Positions 36,752 through 44,767 of a stretch of DNA of 59,711 bases are shown here, piece after piece. A model generated the notes under the pieces. That model had not been told where the DNA came from. It did no database searches and saw nothing but the letters and a program-made list of their open reading frames with translations. This DNA comes from Candidatus Uhrbacteria bacterium. GTDB taxonomy: Bacteria > Patescibacteriota > Patescibacteriia > JACQRZ01. Both the position numbers and the translations under genes were made by a program. The stretch lies in contig JACPMJ010000005.1 of assembly GCA_016186045.1 (NCBI GenBank), positions 73,143 through 132,853 on the forward strand, written 5' to 3'. Numbering within the stretch: position 1 is the stretch's first letter; the number at the start of each line of letters is the position of its first letter.

Positions 36752-38144
36752 AAAACATCGCTATAGTTGCAACCGCAACAAACGCCATAAGTAGAGCAAT
36801 ACCCCATCCAAAAACTTTTGTCAAAGGTCCATTTGCCCATCTTCCCATGATTTTTTTATCACTACTGAGCGATAGGATAAGAACGAGTATAACGGGAGCG
36901 ATCATTCCGTTAATGATCGCTGAATAGATCAGCGCCTTGATGGGGTCAATTCCAAAAAAATTCAGAGAAAAACCTATTAGCATGGAGATAATCAAGATAC
37001 CATAAAAAGCATACGCCTGATTCAGTTTTAAGAAAAGTCCTTGTCTCCAACGAAATGTTTCGGCAACGGCATACGCGGTAGATCCGGCGAGTACCGGTAC
37101 CGCGAGCAGTCCGGTACCGATGATGCCAAGAGCAAAGAGCAAATACGACGCCTCTCCCGCAAGTGGACGGAGCGCCCGTGCGGCATCAGCGGCGGTCTTG
37201 ATATCGGTCACACCATTTGTAAAAAGCGTGCCGGCACAGGCGATGATGATAAAAAACATAATGGCATTTGAAAAAAACATGCCCGTCCACACATCTATGC
37301 GCATTTTTTTTATCTCTTCCCTTGTCGCTCCTTTCCGTTGCGCGAGAGTCGTGTTTCCGCTCAATATTTCATCTTCCACTTCTTGTGAAGTTTGCCAAAA
37401 GAAAAGATAAGGAGAGATGGTAGTACCCAAGATGGCACAAATGAGAAAGAGTTTTTCTTTTGAAAAATTTTGGAAAGAAGGAACAAACGCGGCACGCCCT
37501 ATCGCACTCCAATCAAGACCATGCACAAGAAACGCGGAAAGAATATATGAAAAAAGAACCAGCGTAAGATATTTGAGATATTTCGCATACCTTTCATAGG
37601 TACTGAAAATCTGAAGCAAAAGACTTATCACGGTAAAAAAAAGAGCTAATACCAAAAAATTCATGGAAGGAATCAAGAGTTGTGTCGCCGCCGCCATCGC
37701 CCCAAGGTCCACTCCGATATTAAAAACGTTTGCCACAAAAAGAAGTGTCACGCATATCATAAGGACTGGCCGCGAATAATGCCGACGAATATTCGCGGCG
37801 AGTCCGCGACCGGTGACCAGCCCGATACGCGCGCACATTTCTTGCACTACCGCCATGAAGGGAAAGGTAAACCCGGCAAGCCAGACCAGCTGATTACCGT
37901 ATTGCGCGCCTGCTTGCGAGTACGTCGCAATACCGGACGGATCATCATCAGACGCGCCAGTTGTAAGGCCCGGCCCCAACGTATTCCAAAAACCCTGTAC
38001 TTCTTTGACTGGTTTTTTTGTGGCGATATCATGCATGGTCGCGTGCGCGCCTTCTATGCTTTTCTCCAGTACCATCGCGGGTTTTTCGATGGTTTTTTCC
38101 AGTAAACTTTTTTTATGTGACATAGGAAAACAGAGTGAAATCAT
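36744..38144 (-). CDS. NRAMP-family divalent metal transporter
   Basis: GPGLTTGASDDDPSGIATYSQAGAQYG and about 11 TM segments. The start is ambiguous (38144 or ATG 38123, MSHKK). The 3' end overlaps the MFP start by 8 nt. Confidence 0.8.
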   Translation of the reverse strand: MISLCFPMSHKKSLLEKTIEKPAMVLEKSIEGAHATMHDIATKKPVKEVQGFWNTLGPGLTTGASDDDPSGIATYSQAGAQYGNQLVWLAGFTFPFMAVVQEMCARIGLVTGRGLAANIRRHYSRPVLMICVTLLFVANVFNIGVDLGAMAAATQLLIPSMNFLVLALFFTVISLLLQIFSTYERYAKYLKYLTLVLFSYILSAFLVHGLDWSAIGRAAFVPSFQNFSKEKLFLICAILGTTISPYLFFWQTSQEVEDEILSGNTTLAQRKGATREEIKKMRIDVWTGMFFSNAIMFFIIIACAGTLFTNGVTDIKTAADAARALRPLAGEASYLLFALGIIGTGLLAVPVLAGSTAYAVAETFRWRQGLFLKLNQAYAFYGILIISMLIGFSLNFFGIDPIKALIYSAIINGMIAPVILVLILSLSSDKKIMGRWANGPLTKVFGWGIALLMAFVAVATIAMFFV

Positions 38145-38167
38145 GATAAAATTTCACTCATAGTATA
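38134..38167 (-). promoter_or_regulatory. TATACT -10 box plus 8-bp inverted repeat AGTGAAAT-N9-ATTTCACT at the NRAMP 5' end
   Basis: The inverted-repeat arms are 38134-38141 and 38151-38158. The -10-like TATACT (minus strand) is at 38162-38167. Confidence 0.35.
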
Positions 38168-38198
38168 CCACACATAGGTACATGAGAAAACAAGGCAT

Positions 38199-38357
38199 GA
38201 GAGCCCGTTGCAAAACCCCCTCAAGTGTGTCATCCCCGACCTGATCGGGGATCCATTTCTCTGTATTTATAATAAATACTGGATTCTCGGGTCAAGCCCA
38301 AGCCTGTCCTCGGACTTGATCCGAGGAATGACAAAAAGGAAGTTTTGCAACGCTCTC
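38199..38357. repeat. Composite MITE-like element: outer inverted repeat GAGAGC(CC)GTTGCAAAAC enclosing two REP-like hairpin units
   Basis: Left arm 38199-38216, right arm 38342-38357 (perfect apart from a 2-nt bulge). Inner units are gtcatccccgacctgatcggggatcc (38229-38254) and ctggattctcggg...ccgaggaatgac (38279-38332). Confidence 0.55.
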
Positions 38358-38364
38358 CGTAATC

Positions 38365-39303
38365 CTATAAAACAATAATATTTCCGATCTCCTGCCCGCT
38401 TGAGACCGCCTGAAGCGTTCCTTTTGAGAGGAGGATAAGAGGAGACTTTGCATAGAGATGTTTCATCTCTCCGCTCCATGGTTCGTAGATATTCGCATAT
38501 GTTTCTCCTGTTTGGATAACCTCGCCGACAGACTTTGTCCATGTCAGATATCCCGCTTGAGAAGAAAAAAGATACTGCGCCTGTTTCATGGAAAAAAGTT
38601 TAGGATACGATAAAGACATATCTTCTTCTTTATTGAGCATTCCAAGAGAGGAGAGAAAGTACAGTAGATCTTTGAATCGTGCATCCAGATCTTTTTCATC
38701 AAGAGTCATATGCGATGATGCCTCCCATGTCGCGGCGGAAACTTTTTTTCCACTTTCCTTGCCACATTTCCACATGGTCTCATCAAATGCTCCATAATAA
38801 TCAGATTCATCATACAAAATATGACACTCGCCTCCAAGGGGATACAATACATCACTCGCTTCTTTGGATGTGAATACATATGGAATCGTTTCTGCACCGC
38901 TTGTATGAATATCCAAAACGACTTCATGATCTTTTGCAAGAGAGATCAGTGTACGCGCAAGTACGGACTCTACGCCGTCCCCCTCTTGTTTTGAAAAGAT
39001 ACGATTCCAATTATTCCCTGTTTGCGGATTCCATCGTCCATAAATCAGTCCATACATTTGCGACTGCACGCCAAAAGGATTTGCCTGAGGAACAACCGTA
39101 AGCGTTCCGGCGATGATTGGATTTTCTTTGAGATATTCTATCAGTTTTATGAGGAGCGCCGTTCCGAATATTTCAGGTCCATGGAGATTTCCTTGAAGAT
39201 AGACCTTGGAACCTGATCCGTTTTCATAGTGAAATGAGGTAATCAAAGATGTATCTCCGCTTACCGTCGTCTGAATCAAATGTTTTGCAATATACATTTT
39301 CAT
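38365..39303 (-). CDS. Succinylglutamate desuccinylase/aspartoacylase-family (M14-like) zinc hydrolase
   Basis: GNLHGPE (HxxE) and VVLDIHTSG motifs. 312 aa. Confidence 0.75.
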   Translation of the reverse strand: MKMYIAKHLIQTTVSGDTSLITSFHYENGSGSKVYLQGNLHGPEIFGTALLIKLIEYLKENPIIAGTLTVVPQANPFGVQSQMYGLIYGRWNPQTGNNWNRIFSKQEGDGVESVLARTLISLAKDHEVVLDIHTSGAETIPYVFTSKEASDVLYPLGGECHILYDESDYYGAFDETMWKCGKESGKKVSAATWEASSHMTLDEKDLDARFKDLLYFLSSLGMLNKEEDMSLSYPKLFSMKQAQYLFSSQAGYLTWTKSVGEVIQTGETYANIYEPWSGEMKHLYAKSPLILLSKGTLQAVSSGQEIGNIIVL

Positions 39304-39349
39304 AAAAAAAATAATTCAGGCGGCACAAAACGCGAAGTTTCGCGCCGCC
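39304..39349 (-). terminator. Possible terminator between GNAT and the AstE-like gene
   Basis: Nested GC hairpin GGCGGC...GCCGCC (39319-39349), then a T-run on the minus strand 7 nt later. Confidence 0.35.
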
Positions 39350-39354
39350 CTAAG

Positions 39355-39873
39355 TTAGATACCGCCCCCGTGTAAGATACACAAGGTGCAGGATGAATTT
39401 CGGTCCGGACACATTGGCTTTTTATCCTCCTCTATCCAATCGCACAGACCGCAGGTGAACTCGTACGGAACCGGATTCTTCCAGTCCAGATGCCGGATGA
39501 ATCCGGCTCTGTACCCGGCTTTAATGGCCGCTGGATTTTTACTAATCGCAAAAGCGATTTTTCCATCCAGCACAGAAAGAGTTGCGATTTTTTTATACAG
39601 AGCCGTTCCATATCCCTGCGACCGCAAATCTTTACGTATAAAACCCGATCCTACCTCGTAGTACTCCTCAGACATCGGCCATATAGCGAAGTAGCCCGCC
39701 GGCTCATCGTCTACCATGAGTATGACCGCGAGACCGTTTTCGTACGTACCGCGGAGTTCTTCGGGTGAGGTGCGTGTTTGGAGAATACCTCCTTCTTTTG
39801 CCATATCTTTTGAGAGTTTCTCCCAAAATTCGCTCGCCATCATCTCCGGATATACCGCAAGATGTACCTGCAT
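39355..39873 (-). CDS. GNAT acetyltransferase with a C-terminal Cys-rich tail
   Basis: Start MQVHL (39873) is preceded by GAGGAGGAAG. Motif A is IRKDLRSQGYGTALYKK. The tail is CGLCDW...MCPDRNSSCTLC. The track's 308-aa version adds an implausible N-terminus. Confidence 0.8.
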   Translation of the reverse strand: MQVHLAVYPEMMASEFWEKLSKDMAKEGGILQTRTSPEELRGTYENGLAVILMVDDEPAGYFAIWPMSEEYYEVGSGFIRKDLRSQGYGTALYKKIATLSVLDGKIAFAISKNPAAIKAGYRAGFIRHLDWKNPVPYEFTCGLCDWIEEDKKPMCPDRNSSCTLCILHGGGI

Positions 39874-39890
39874 TGATTCTTCCTCCTCAT

Positions 39891-39919
39891 CAAAACCCCG
39901 AGAACATCCCGGGGTTTTG
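39891..39919. other. 10-bp GC-rich hairpin in the GNAT leader
   Basis: CAAAACCCCG-9 nt-CGGGGTTTTG. On the plus strand it is followed by ATATTTTTT, so it is terminator-like with no upstream plus-strand gene. On the minus strand it abuts the GNAT RBS. Confidence 0.4.
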
Positions 39920-40141
39920 ATATTTTTTGATATGAAAGTGGAAAAAAATAATGTCAAAACTCTGGGATGTTTTCGATCCCAGTACGACGAAGATTCGTCT
40001 GTGTTTTTTTGCTTACAATTTTCATATGTTTTCAGTATACCACGATACAAAATTTTGTCAAAAGAAAAGTCGCCACCTCTTGACAAACTCTCTCTTTTGT
40101 GTAAAGATAGTAATATTCCAATCTGTGATAAGGAGGTACGC

Positions 40142-40708
40142 GTGTCTTTTACATACACGGTATTTCTCAAGAATACCCTCGTCTGTTTCATTGGAGACTC
40201 GCAGTCCGGAAAAAGCAGGCTCATGATGGAGCTCGAAAAACGCTCAGATTTTCTCATCCGCATCGTGCGGTCAACAACCACACGCCATAGGCGAGAAAAC
40301 GAGACGGAGTATGTCTATCGTAAGTTCTATCGCCACGCATCCAAAGATTTCTTTCAAAAAAGCATCGCCGCGGGACACTTCGTAGAATACGATGAGTATG
40401 CGGGAAATCTTTATGGCACTTCACACAACGCGCTTGAACATACTCTTTCCATCTCACACGCGATGCTCGCGGTAACGGAGAAGACCGTTCCTCATCTTCA
40501 AAGTCTTGGATTAAACGTCGTATCCATTCAGATCATCGGAGTGAACGCGCCGGGATCAGATGATCCACTTCGGCAAAAAGCGGACGCAGAGCGCAGAGGA
40601 AGCATCACACCGGACTACGTCATCTTCAATGATTTTGCGCCGGGCGGATTTGAAAAGGCCTGCGCAGAACTTCTCCACATCATAAAGCCCTATATCGCAG
40701 AGATATAA
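40142..40708 (+). CDS. Guanylate kinase-like P-loop protein (divergent)
   Basis: GTG 40142 lies 5 nt after AAGGAGG. P-loop GDSQSGKS, STTTRHRRENETEYVYRKF and VEYDEYAGNLYGTS follow the Gmk pattern with substitutions. Confidence 0.7.
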   Translation: MSFTYTVFLKNTLVCFIGDSQSGKSRLMMELEKRSDFLIRIVRSTTTRHRRENETEYVYRKFYRHASKDFFQKSIAAGHFVEYDEYAGNLYGTSHNALEHTLSISHAMLAVTEKTVPHLQSLGLNVVSIQIIGVNAPGSDDPLRQKADAERRGSITPDYVIFNDFAPGGFEKACAELLHIIKPYIAEI

Positions 40709-40757
40709 GGGCTTTTTTATTGAAGCCGATGGATCTCATATTGGCTTTCGTATCTTT

Positions 40758-42329
40758 TTGGAGTACACTATCTATACTATGACCCAAGCCCAAGCATTAT
40801 CAGTATTAAAAAGCGGCGCGAATGTCTTTCTCACCGGAGAGCCGGGATCAGGTAAGACATTCACTGCAAATGAATACGTCTCATACTCCCGCGCACGAGG
40901 TATTGAGACGGCGGTAACCGCCTCCACCGGCATTGCGGCGACTCACATGAACGGGATGACCATCCACTCGTGGAGCGGCATCGGCATAAAAGACAGACTC
41001 AGTAAGCATGATCTTGATTCTATCGCAAAAAACAAGCGCATCGCAAAGCGCATCCAACGGGCACAGATTCTCATTATAGAAGAAATATCCATGTTGCCCG
41101 CTGCAACTTTTTGTCTTGTGGATAGTGTTTGCAGGAAAATAAAACAAAACACATCGCCATTCGGCGGCCTTCAGGTGGTGTGTGTTGGAGATTTTTTTCA
41201 GTTACCGCCTATCATGAAAACAATTCCGCCGGTAGAAAACGCGCAGATATCTTTCATTAAGGATGCGTCTCCCGCGCGTTTTGCCTATGACTCTCAAGTA
41301 TGGAAAGATACCCACCCCCTCGTCTGCTACCTCACGGAACAACACCGACAAGATGACGGTGATTTTCTGAACATACTTTCCGCAATCAGAAGAAATTCTT
41401 TTACCGCAAATCATCTGCGCATCTTACAGACGAGAAAGATAGAATACAGTGCCGCGCCAAAGGGTGTGCCGAAACTTTTCTCGCATAACGCGAACGTGGA
41501 TTATGTAAATGAGCAAGTTCTGGTAAAAATTCATGGTACTCCTCATACATACGATATGTCTTTTCATGGACCTGATGCTCTGACTGTCGCACTGAAAAAA
41601 TGGTGTCTCTCACCGGCAGAACTTCAGCTGAAAACGGGCGCCGCGGTGATGTTTACAAAAAATAATCAAAAAGAAGGATTTGTCAATGGCACACTGGGTA
41701 CTGTAGAGGGGTTTAATACAGAGACTGGATATCCGAAGATACGCCTGCGATCTGGAAGACGCATAGAGGTATCTCCGGCAGAGTGGGCGATAGAGGAAGA
41801 CGGAATCACGCGCGCGCGCATTTCTCAGCTTCCCCTTCGCCTTGCGTGGGCGATCACGGTGCATAAGAGCCAAGGGATGAGCTTGGATGAGGCGGTGATG
41901 GATCTTTCGAGTGTCTTTGAGTTCGGACAAGGGTATGTGGCGCTTTCGCGCGTACGGCGGCTTTCCGGACTCTATCTTCTCGGCTGGAACGAGCGCGCCT
42001 TTCAGGTGCACCCGGAGGTATTTGCGCAAGATGAAAAATTCAGAGCAGATTCAGAAGGTACCCTCAGAGAGCTTCCCGCGCTTATACAAAAAACAAACAC
42101 GCCTGTGTGTATCAAGCGAGGTTCGGAAATCACCATAAAAAACGGATACGATCATATCCGAGAAAAACATGAAAAAGCATATCGCCCATGGGACGCGGAG
42201 CAAGATGATATGTTACGACAGATGTATCTGGACGGCTCTTCACTCAGCGGACTTGCGCAGACTTTTTCTCGCACGGTAGGGAGTATCAGATCACGGCTGG
42301 CGAAATTTAATCTTTTGGATACGGATTAG
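40758..42329 (+). CDS. Pif1/RecD-family SF1 helicase with a C-terminal HTH-like domain
   Basis: Walker A GEPGSGKTF, Walker B LIIEEISM, motifs VGDFFQLPP and TVHKSQG. The C-terminal ~70 aa (WDAEQDDMLRQMYLDGSSLSGLAQTFSRTVGSIRSRL) look like an HTH. The start could be TTG 40758 or ATG 40779. Confidence 0.85.
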   Translation: MEYTIYTMTQAQALSVLKSGANVFLTGEPGSGKTFTANEYVSYSRARGIETAVTASTGIAATHMNGMTIHSWSGIGIKDRLSKHDLDSIAKNKRIAKRIQRAQILIIEEISMLPAATFCLVDSVCRKIKQNTSPFGGLQVVCVGDFFQLPPIMKTIPPVENAQISFIKDASPARFAYDSQVWKDTHPLVCYLTEQHRQDDGDFLNILSAIRRNSFTANHLRILQTRKIEYSAAPKGVPKLFSHNANVDYVNEQVLVKIHGTPHTYDMSFHGPDALTVALKKWCLSPAELQLKTGAAVMFTKNNQKEGFVNGTLGTVEGFNTETGYPKIRLRSGRRIEVSPAEWAIEEDGITRARISQLPLRLAWAITVHKSQGMSLDEAVMDLSSVFEFGQGYVALSRVRRLSGLYLLGWNERAFQVHPEVFAQDEKFRADSEGTLRELPALIQKTNTPVCIKRGSEITIKNGYDHIREKHEKAYRPWDAEQDDMLRQMYLDGSSLSGLAQTFSRTVGSIRSRLAKFNLLDTD

Positions 42330-42331
42330 AA

Positions 42332-42360
42332 TTGGAAACAGTTTATAAATAGTGTATACT
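42332..42360 (+). promoter_or_regulatory. Putative promoter of micro-ORF module 1
   Basis: TTGGAA-17 nt-TATACT. The -10 block AATAGTGTATACTAC is shared with module 2 (50781-50810, minus strand). Confidence 0.35.
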
Positions 42361-42366
42361 ACAATT

Positions 42367-42418
42367 GTCATTCCAGACCATAAAAACTGTCATCCTCGGG
42401 CTTGACCCGAGGATCCAG
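42367..42418 (+). repeat. REP-like unit: GTCATTCCAGA half-site plus GTCATCCTCGGGCTTGACCCGAGGATCCAG hairpin
   Basis: Perfect 8-bp stem TCCTCGGG/CCCGAGGA. The reverse complement aligns with 38279-38300. Confidence 0.6.
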
Positions 42419-42447
42419 CTCATTATTAATCTATAACTTAAAAATAT

Positions 42448-42513
42448 ATGGCAAAGGGAAATAATCGCCAACAAAGAGAAAAAAAGAAACCAAAGAAGGA
42501 TAAGAAGAAATAA
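42448..42513 (+). CDS. 21-aa Lys-rich micro-ORF MAKGNNRQQREKKKPKKDKKK
   Basis: ATG..TAA read by hand. A paralog of identical length lies at 50649-50714. It has its own promoter-like box and terminator. Confidence 0.45.
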   Translation: MAKGNNRQQREKKKPKKDKKK

Positions 42514-42531
42514 TCATCCTGTAAAAAGCAA

Positions 42532-42557
42532 AAGAACCTCTCATGAGGTTCTTTTTT
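42532..42557. terminator. Bidirectional intrinsic terminator (micro-ORF 1 / Fic)
   Basis: AAGAACCTC-TCAT-GAGGTTCTT, flanked by an A-run upstream and TTTT downstream. Confidence 0.7.
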
Positions 42558-42575
42558 GATACTGCTTGTGCATCA

Positions 42576-43463
42576 TTATTCCTGAACATAATCAACACCG
42601 ATCTTCCAGACATTCTTCTCCGAGAAAGCTTCTATGGTCTGCCTATTTGCCTTATTGATACAATTTGAATATGAAACCTTATTATTCTTTGCATACTCGG
42701 TAAGAGTAATAATCCTTTTACCTTCCAGATACGCTAACCGCTTATGATAGCTATTCATAAGCGCCTTTCTTACTATATCTTCCATGGTGTCTGTTGCGCC
42801 TTTTTCATCAAATTCTCTAAACGCTTCGTAATAGTTTTTTCTATCAATAAATTTTATATTTATAGGAACAAATCCCTCTCGAATAAGTAAATAATTATTA
42901 ATGACACGTCCAATGCGGCCGTTACCATCAATGAACGGATGGGTATATTCAAATGAGAGATGCAGTCTTGCTATGCGTCCAATAATATTTTCATGGCTTA
43001 CCGCATGGTAGTCTGCAAACATTTTCAAAAGACGCTCCGTAATCTCCTTTGGATTTGGGGCGATATGATTTCCTACGCGAACATATTCACTATCTTTTCT
43101 GAATCTTCCGGCAACATCATCGCGAATATTTGAGAGTAACATTTTATGAAGCGACAATATCACCTCAATGTCGAGCTCTTGCTCCTTGGCTCTTTTATCT
43201 ATATACGATACGACTCGCGCAAGATTCTTGGCTTCAAAAATTTCCCGTTCGGTAATAAATCTATCCAGATCGATTTGAAGGAGTATTTTCTCGGTTTCCT
43301 CTAGAGTGAGCATACTATTCTCAATAGCATTCGAATTGTACACCTGTTCCGCAACTTCCGTTTCTGAAATAAGCTTAATAAGCGCGTCCTTACCTATAGA
43401 CGCTTTATAGTATCTTTCACGCAGAGAATTGATTTTATTGAAACTGGCAGATGTTTTTATCAT
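42576..43463 (-). CDS. Fic-domain protein (AMPylase-type motif), class II layout
   Basis: HPFIDGNGRIGR fits HxFx(D/E)GNGRxxR. The N-terminal SNAIEN fits the inhibitory (S/T)xxxE(G/N) helix. Confidence 0.9.
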   Translation of the reverse strand: MIKTSASFNKINSLRERYYKASIGKDALIKLISETEVAEQVYNSNAIENSMLTLEETEKILLQIDLDRFITEREIFEAKNLARVVSYIDKRAKEQELDIEVILSLHKMLLSNIRDDVAGRFRKDSEYVRVGNHIAPNPKEITERLLKMFADYHAVSHENIIGRIARLHLSFEYTHPFIDGNGRIGRVINNYLLIREGFVPINIKFIDRKNYYEAFREFDEKGATDTMEDIVRKALMNSYHKRLAYLEGKRIITLTEYAKNNKVSYSNCINKANRQTIEAFSEKNVWKIGVDYVQE

Positions 43464-43471
43464 ATATTAGA

Positions 43472-43511
43472 ATTATACTCACTTTTCACGATTTTGTCAA
43501 GTATAATCGTG
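43472..43511 (-). promoter_or_regulatory. Consensus sigma70 promoter plus inverted repeat for Fic; near-leaderless
   Basis: Minus strand: TTGACA-17 nt-TATAAT-8 nt-ATG, with no SD. The inverted repeat CACGATT/AATCGTG (43487-43493, 43505-43511) brackets the -35. Confidence 0.6.
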
Positions 43512-43549
43512 AAAAACTAAGAAAAAACGTATTTTTTCACGGTTTTTGG

Positions 43550-43823
43550 CTATAATTCACATAGGATATCCCATAACTGATTCGGATTCCCCCGTAGATT
43601 CACTACGATCAATTTCTCCGAAGAATTATGAAGCGTCAAAACCTTTCGCTCTGATTCATATACCTCATCATCAATCCATCTAAAATCCTCATAAAACTTA
43701 ATCGCCTCCGTCTTCCGTGAACTCCAATTTGCCTGTCACCTCTCTCAAAAATTCAAGAACGTGTTTGGCGGGCATACCGTCATAGCCGAGCAACACGCCG
43801 TTAATGTCCAGATAGATGTTCAT
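43550..43823 (-). pseudogene. Collapsed HAD-like phosphatase relic
   Basis: MNIYLDINGVLLGYDG... (DxDGVL-type motif I with D->N) stops after 41 aa. A +1-frame piece ...DFRWIDDEVYESERKVL...VVNL follows, and the middle of the fold is missing. Confidence 0.45.
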
Positions 43824-44165
43824 AGATAGTATCTTCGCTTATATACGGGGTCTGCAAGCGTACTGGATTTTTTTTCAGACTATCTTCCCCTTCTCTTATT
43901 TCTAAAAATAGCCCATCACCTTTCCCGAGTAATTTTTCCGCCCCGCTCTCTCCGATAATAAATTTTGAATCTTCAGCGGAGGCTGTTGAAAAAGCAAAAC
44001 AGCTCAAACAGTTTTTCATGAGCATTGGCGGAAAAGTTTCAAAACATGATCGCGACGAACTCATTACTTAATGCGGTGATACGTGGTAAACTTGCTTCAT
44101 CGGCAAGCTTGAATGTATACGAGGTAACAGATGGACTTATCCAAATCTCATCCGCCTCACACTTA
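43801..44165 (-). pseudogene. FtsK/SpoIIIE-like relic lacking the motor core
   Basis: Piece 1 (44162-44045) is ADEIWISPSVTSYTFKLADEASLPRITALSNEFVAIMF*, like the region just before Walker A. Piece 2, in another frame, is SKFIIGESGAEKLLGKGDGLF...PVRLQTPYISEDTI, like the SRxILDxxGAExLLGxGDML C-terminal motor end. Confidence 0.5.
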
Positions 44166-44306
44166 ATTCTATATGTCGCGGAGGATTTTTATTAAAACGG
44201 ATAGCTATACTGCAAAATATAAAGAATCTGATATCCTGAAGGTACAGAACTGAGATCTCTCGCGTTGGGATACCGAATGGCGTCCCGTCAATATATGCGG
44301 CCGATA

Positions 44307-44315
44307 TGGTATAAT
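44307..44315 (+). promoter_or_regulatory. Extended -10 (TGgTATAAT) upstream of 44360
   Basis: Read directly. It is followed by the palindrome AGAAATA-GA-TATTTCT. Confidence 0.35.
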
Positions 44316-44359
44316 AGAAATAGATATTTCTATATTAATAATTTATAGCTCGTATCTAT

Positions 44360-44722
44360 ATGGAAAATGCTCTTTTCAATATACTGTTCTTTGCTGTTGA
44401 TCTCTTCCTTATTTGTATTGGCTTGATTGTCTATATCATGGCGACTCAGTATCTTATCGCGCAGAAAATCGGAGAGGACAAGCCTTGGCTTGCATGGATT
44501 CCGTTTGCGAATATCTATCTTCTTGTAAAAATGGCGCGAAAACCGTGGTGGTTTTTTATTCTCTTCTTAATTCCTCTGGTGAATATAGTTATTTATCTCA
44601 TTCTTTGGATCAATATCTGTAAAATATTAAAAAAACCGGCATGGCTTGGTGTCGTTGCTCTTCTTTTTCCTTTCAATCTTTTCCTATTCGGCTATCTCGC
44701 GTTTTCTTCTCCTCAAAAATAA
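44360..44722 (+). CDS. DUF5684-like small membrane protein
   Basis: ...IAQKIGEDKPWLAWIPFANIYLLVKMARKPWWFFILFLIPLVNIV... matches my memory of DUF5684. Confidence 0.65.
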   Translation: MENALFNILFFAVDLFLICIGLIVYIMATQYLIAQKIGEDKPWLAWIPFANIYLLVKMARKPWWFFILFLIPLVNIVIYLILWINICKILKKPAWLGVVALLFPFNLFLFGYLAFSSPQK

Positions 44723-44767
44723 TAATTACTGAAATTTCTAAGACGACTTAATAGGAGACATCAGTTC

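Noticed and set aside
39716-40708. 330-aa plus-strand ORF and the 308-aa minus-strand ORF (39355-40281), which overlap each other across the divergent region
   Set aside because: Only the distal parts carry recognisable domains (Gmk-like from GTG 40142 with AAGGAGG; GNAT from ATG 39873 with GAGGAGG). The extensions are low-complexity and mutually exclusive, and they cover promoter/hairpin sequence.
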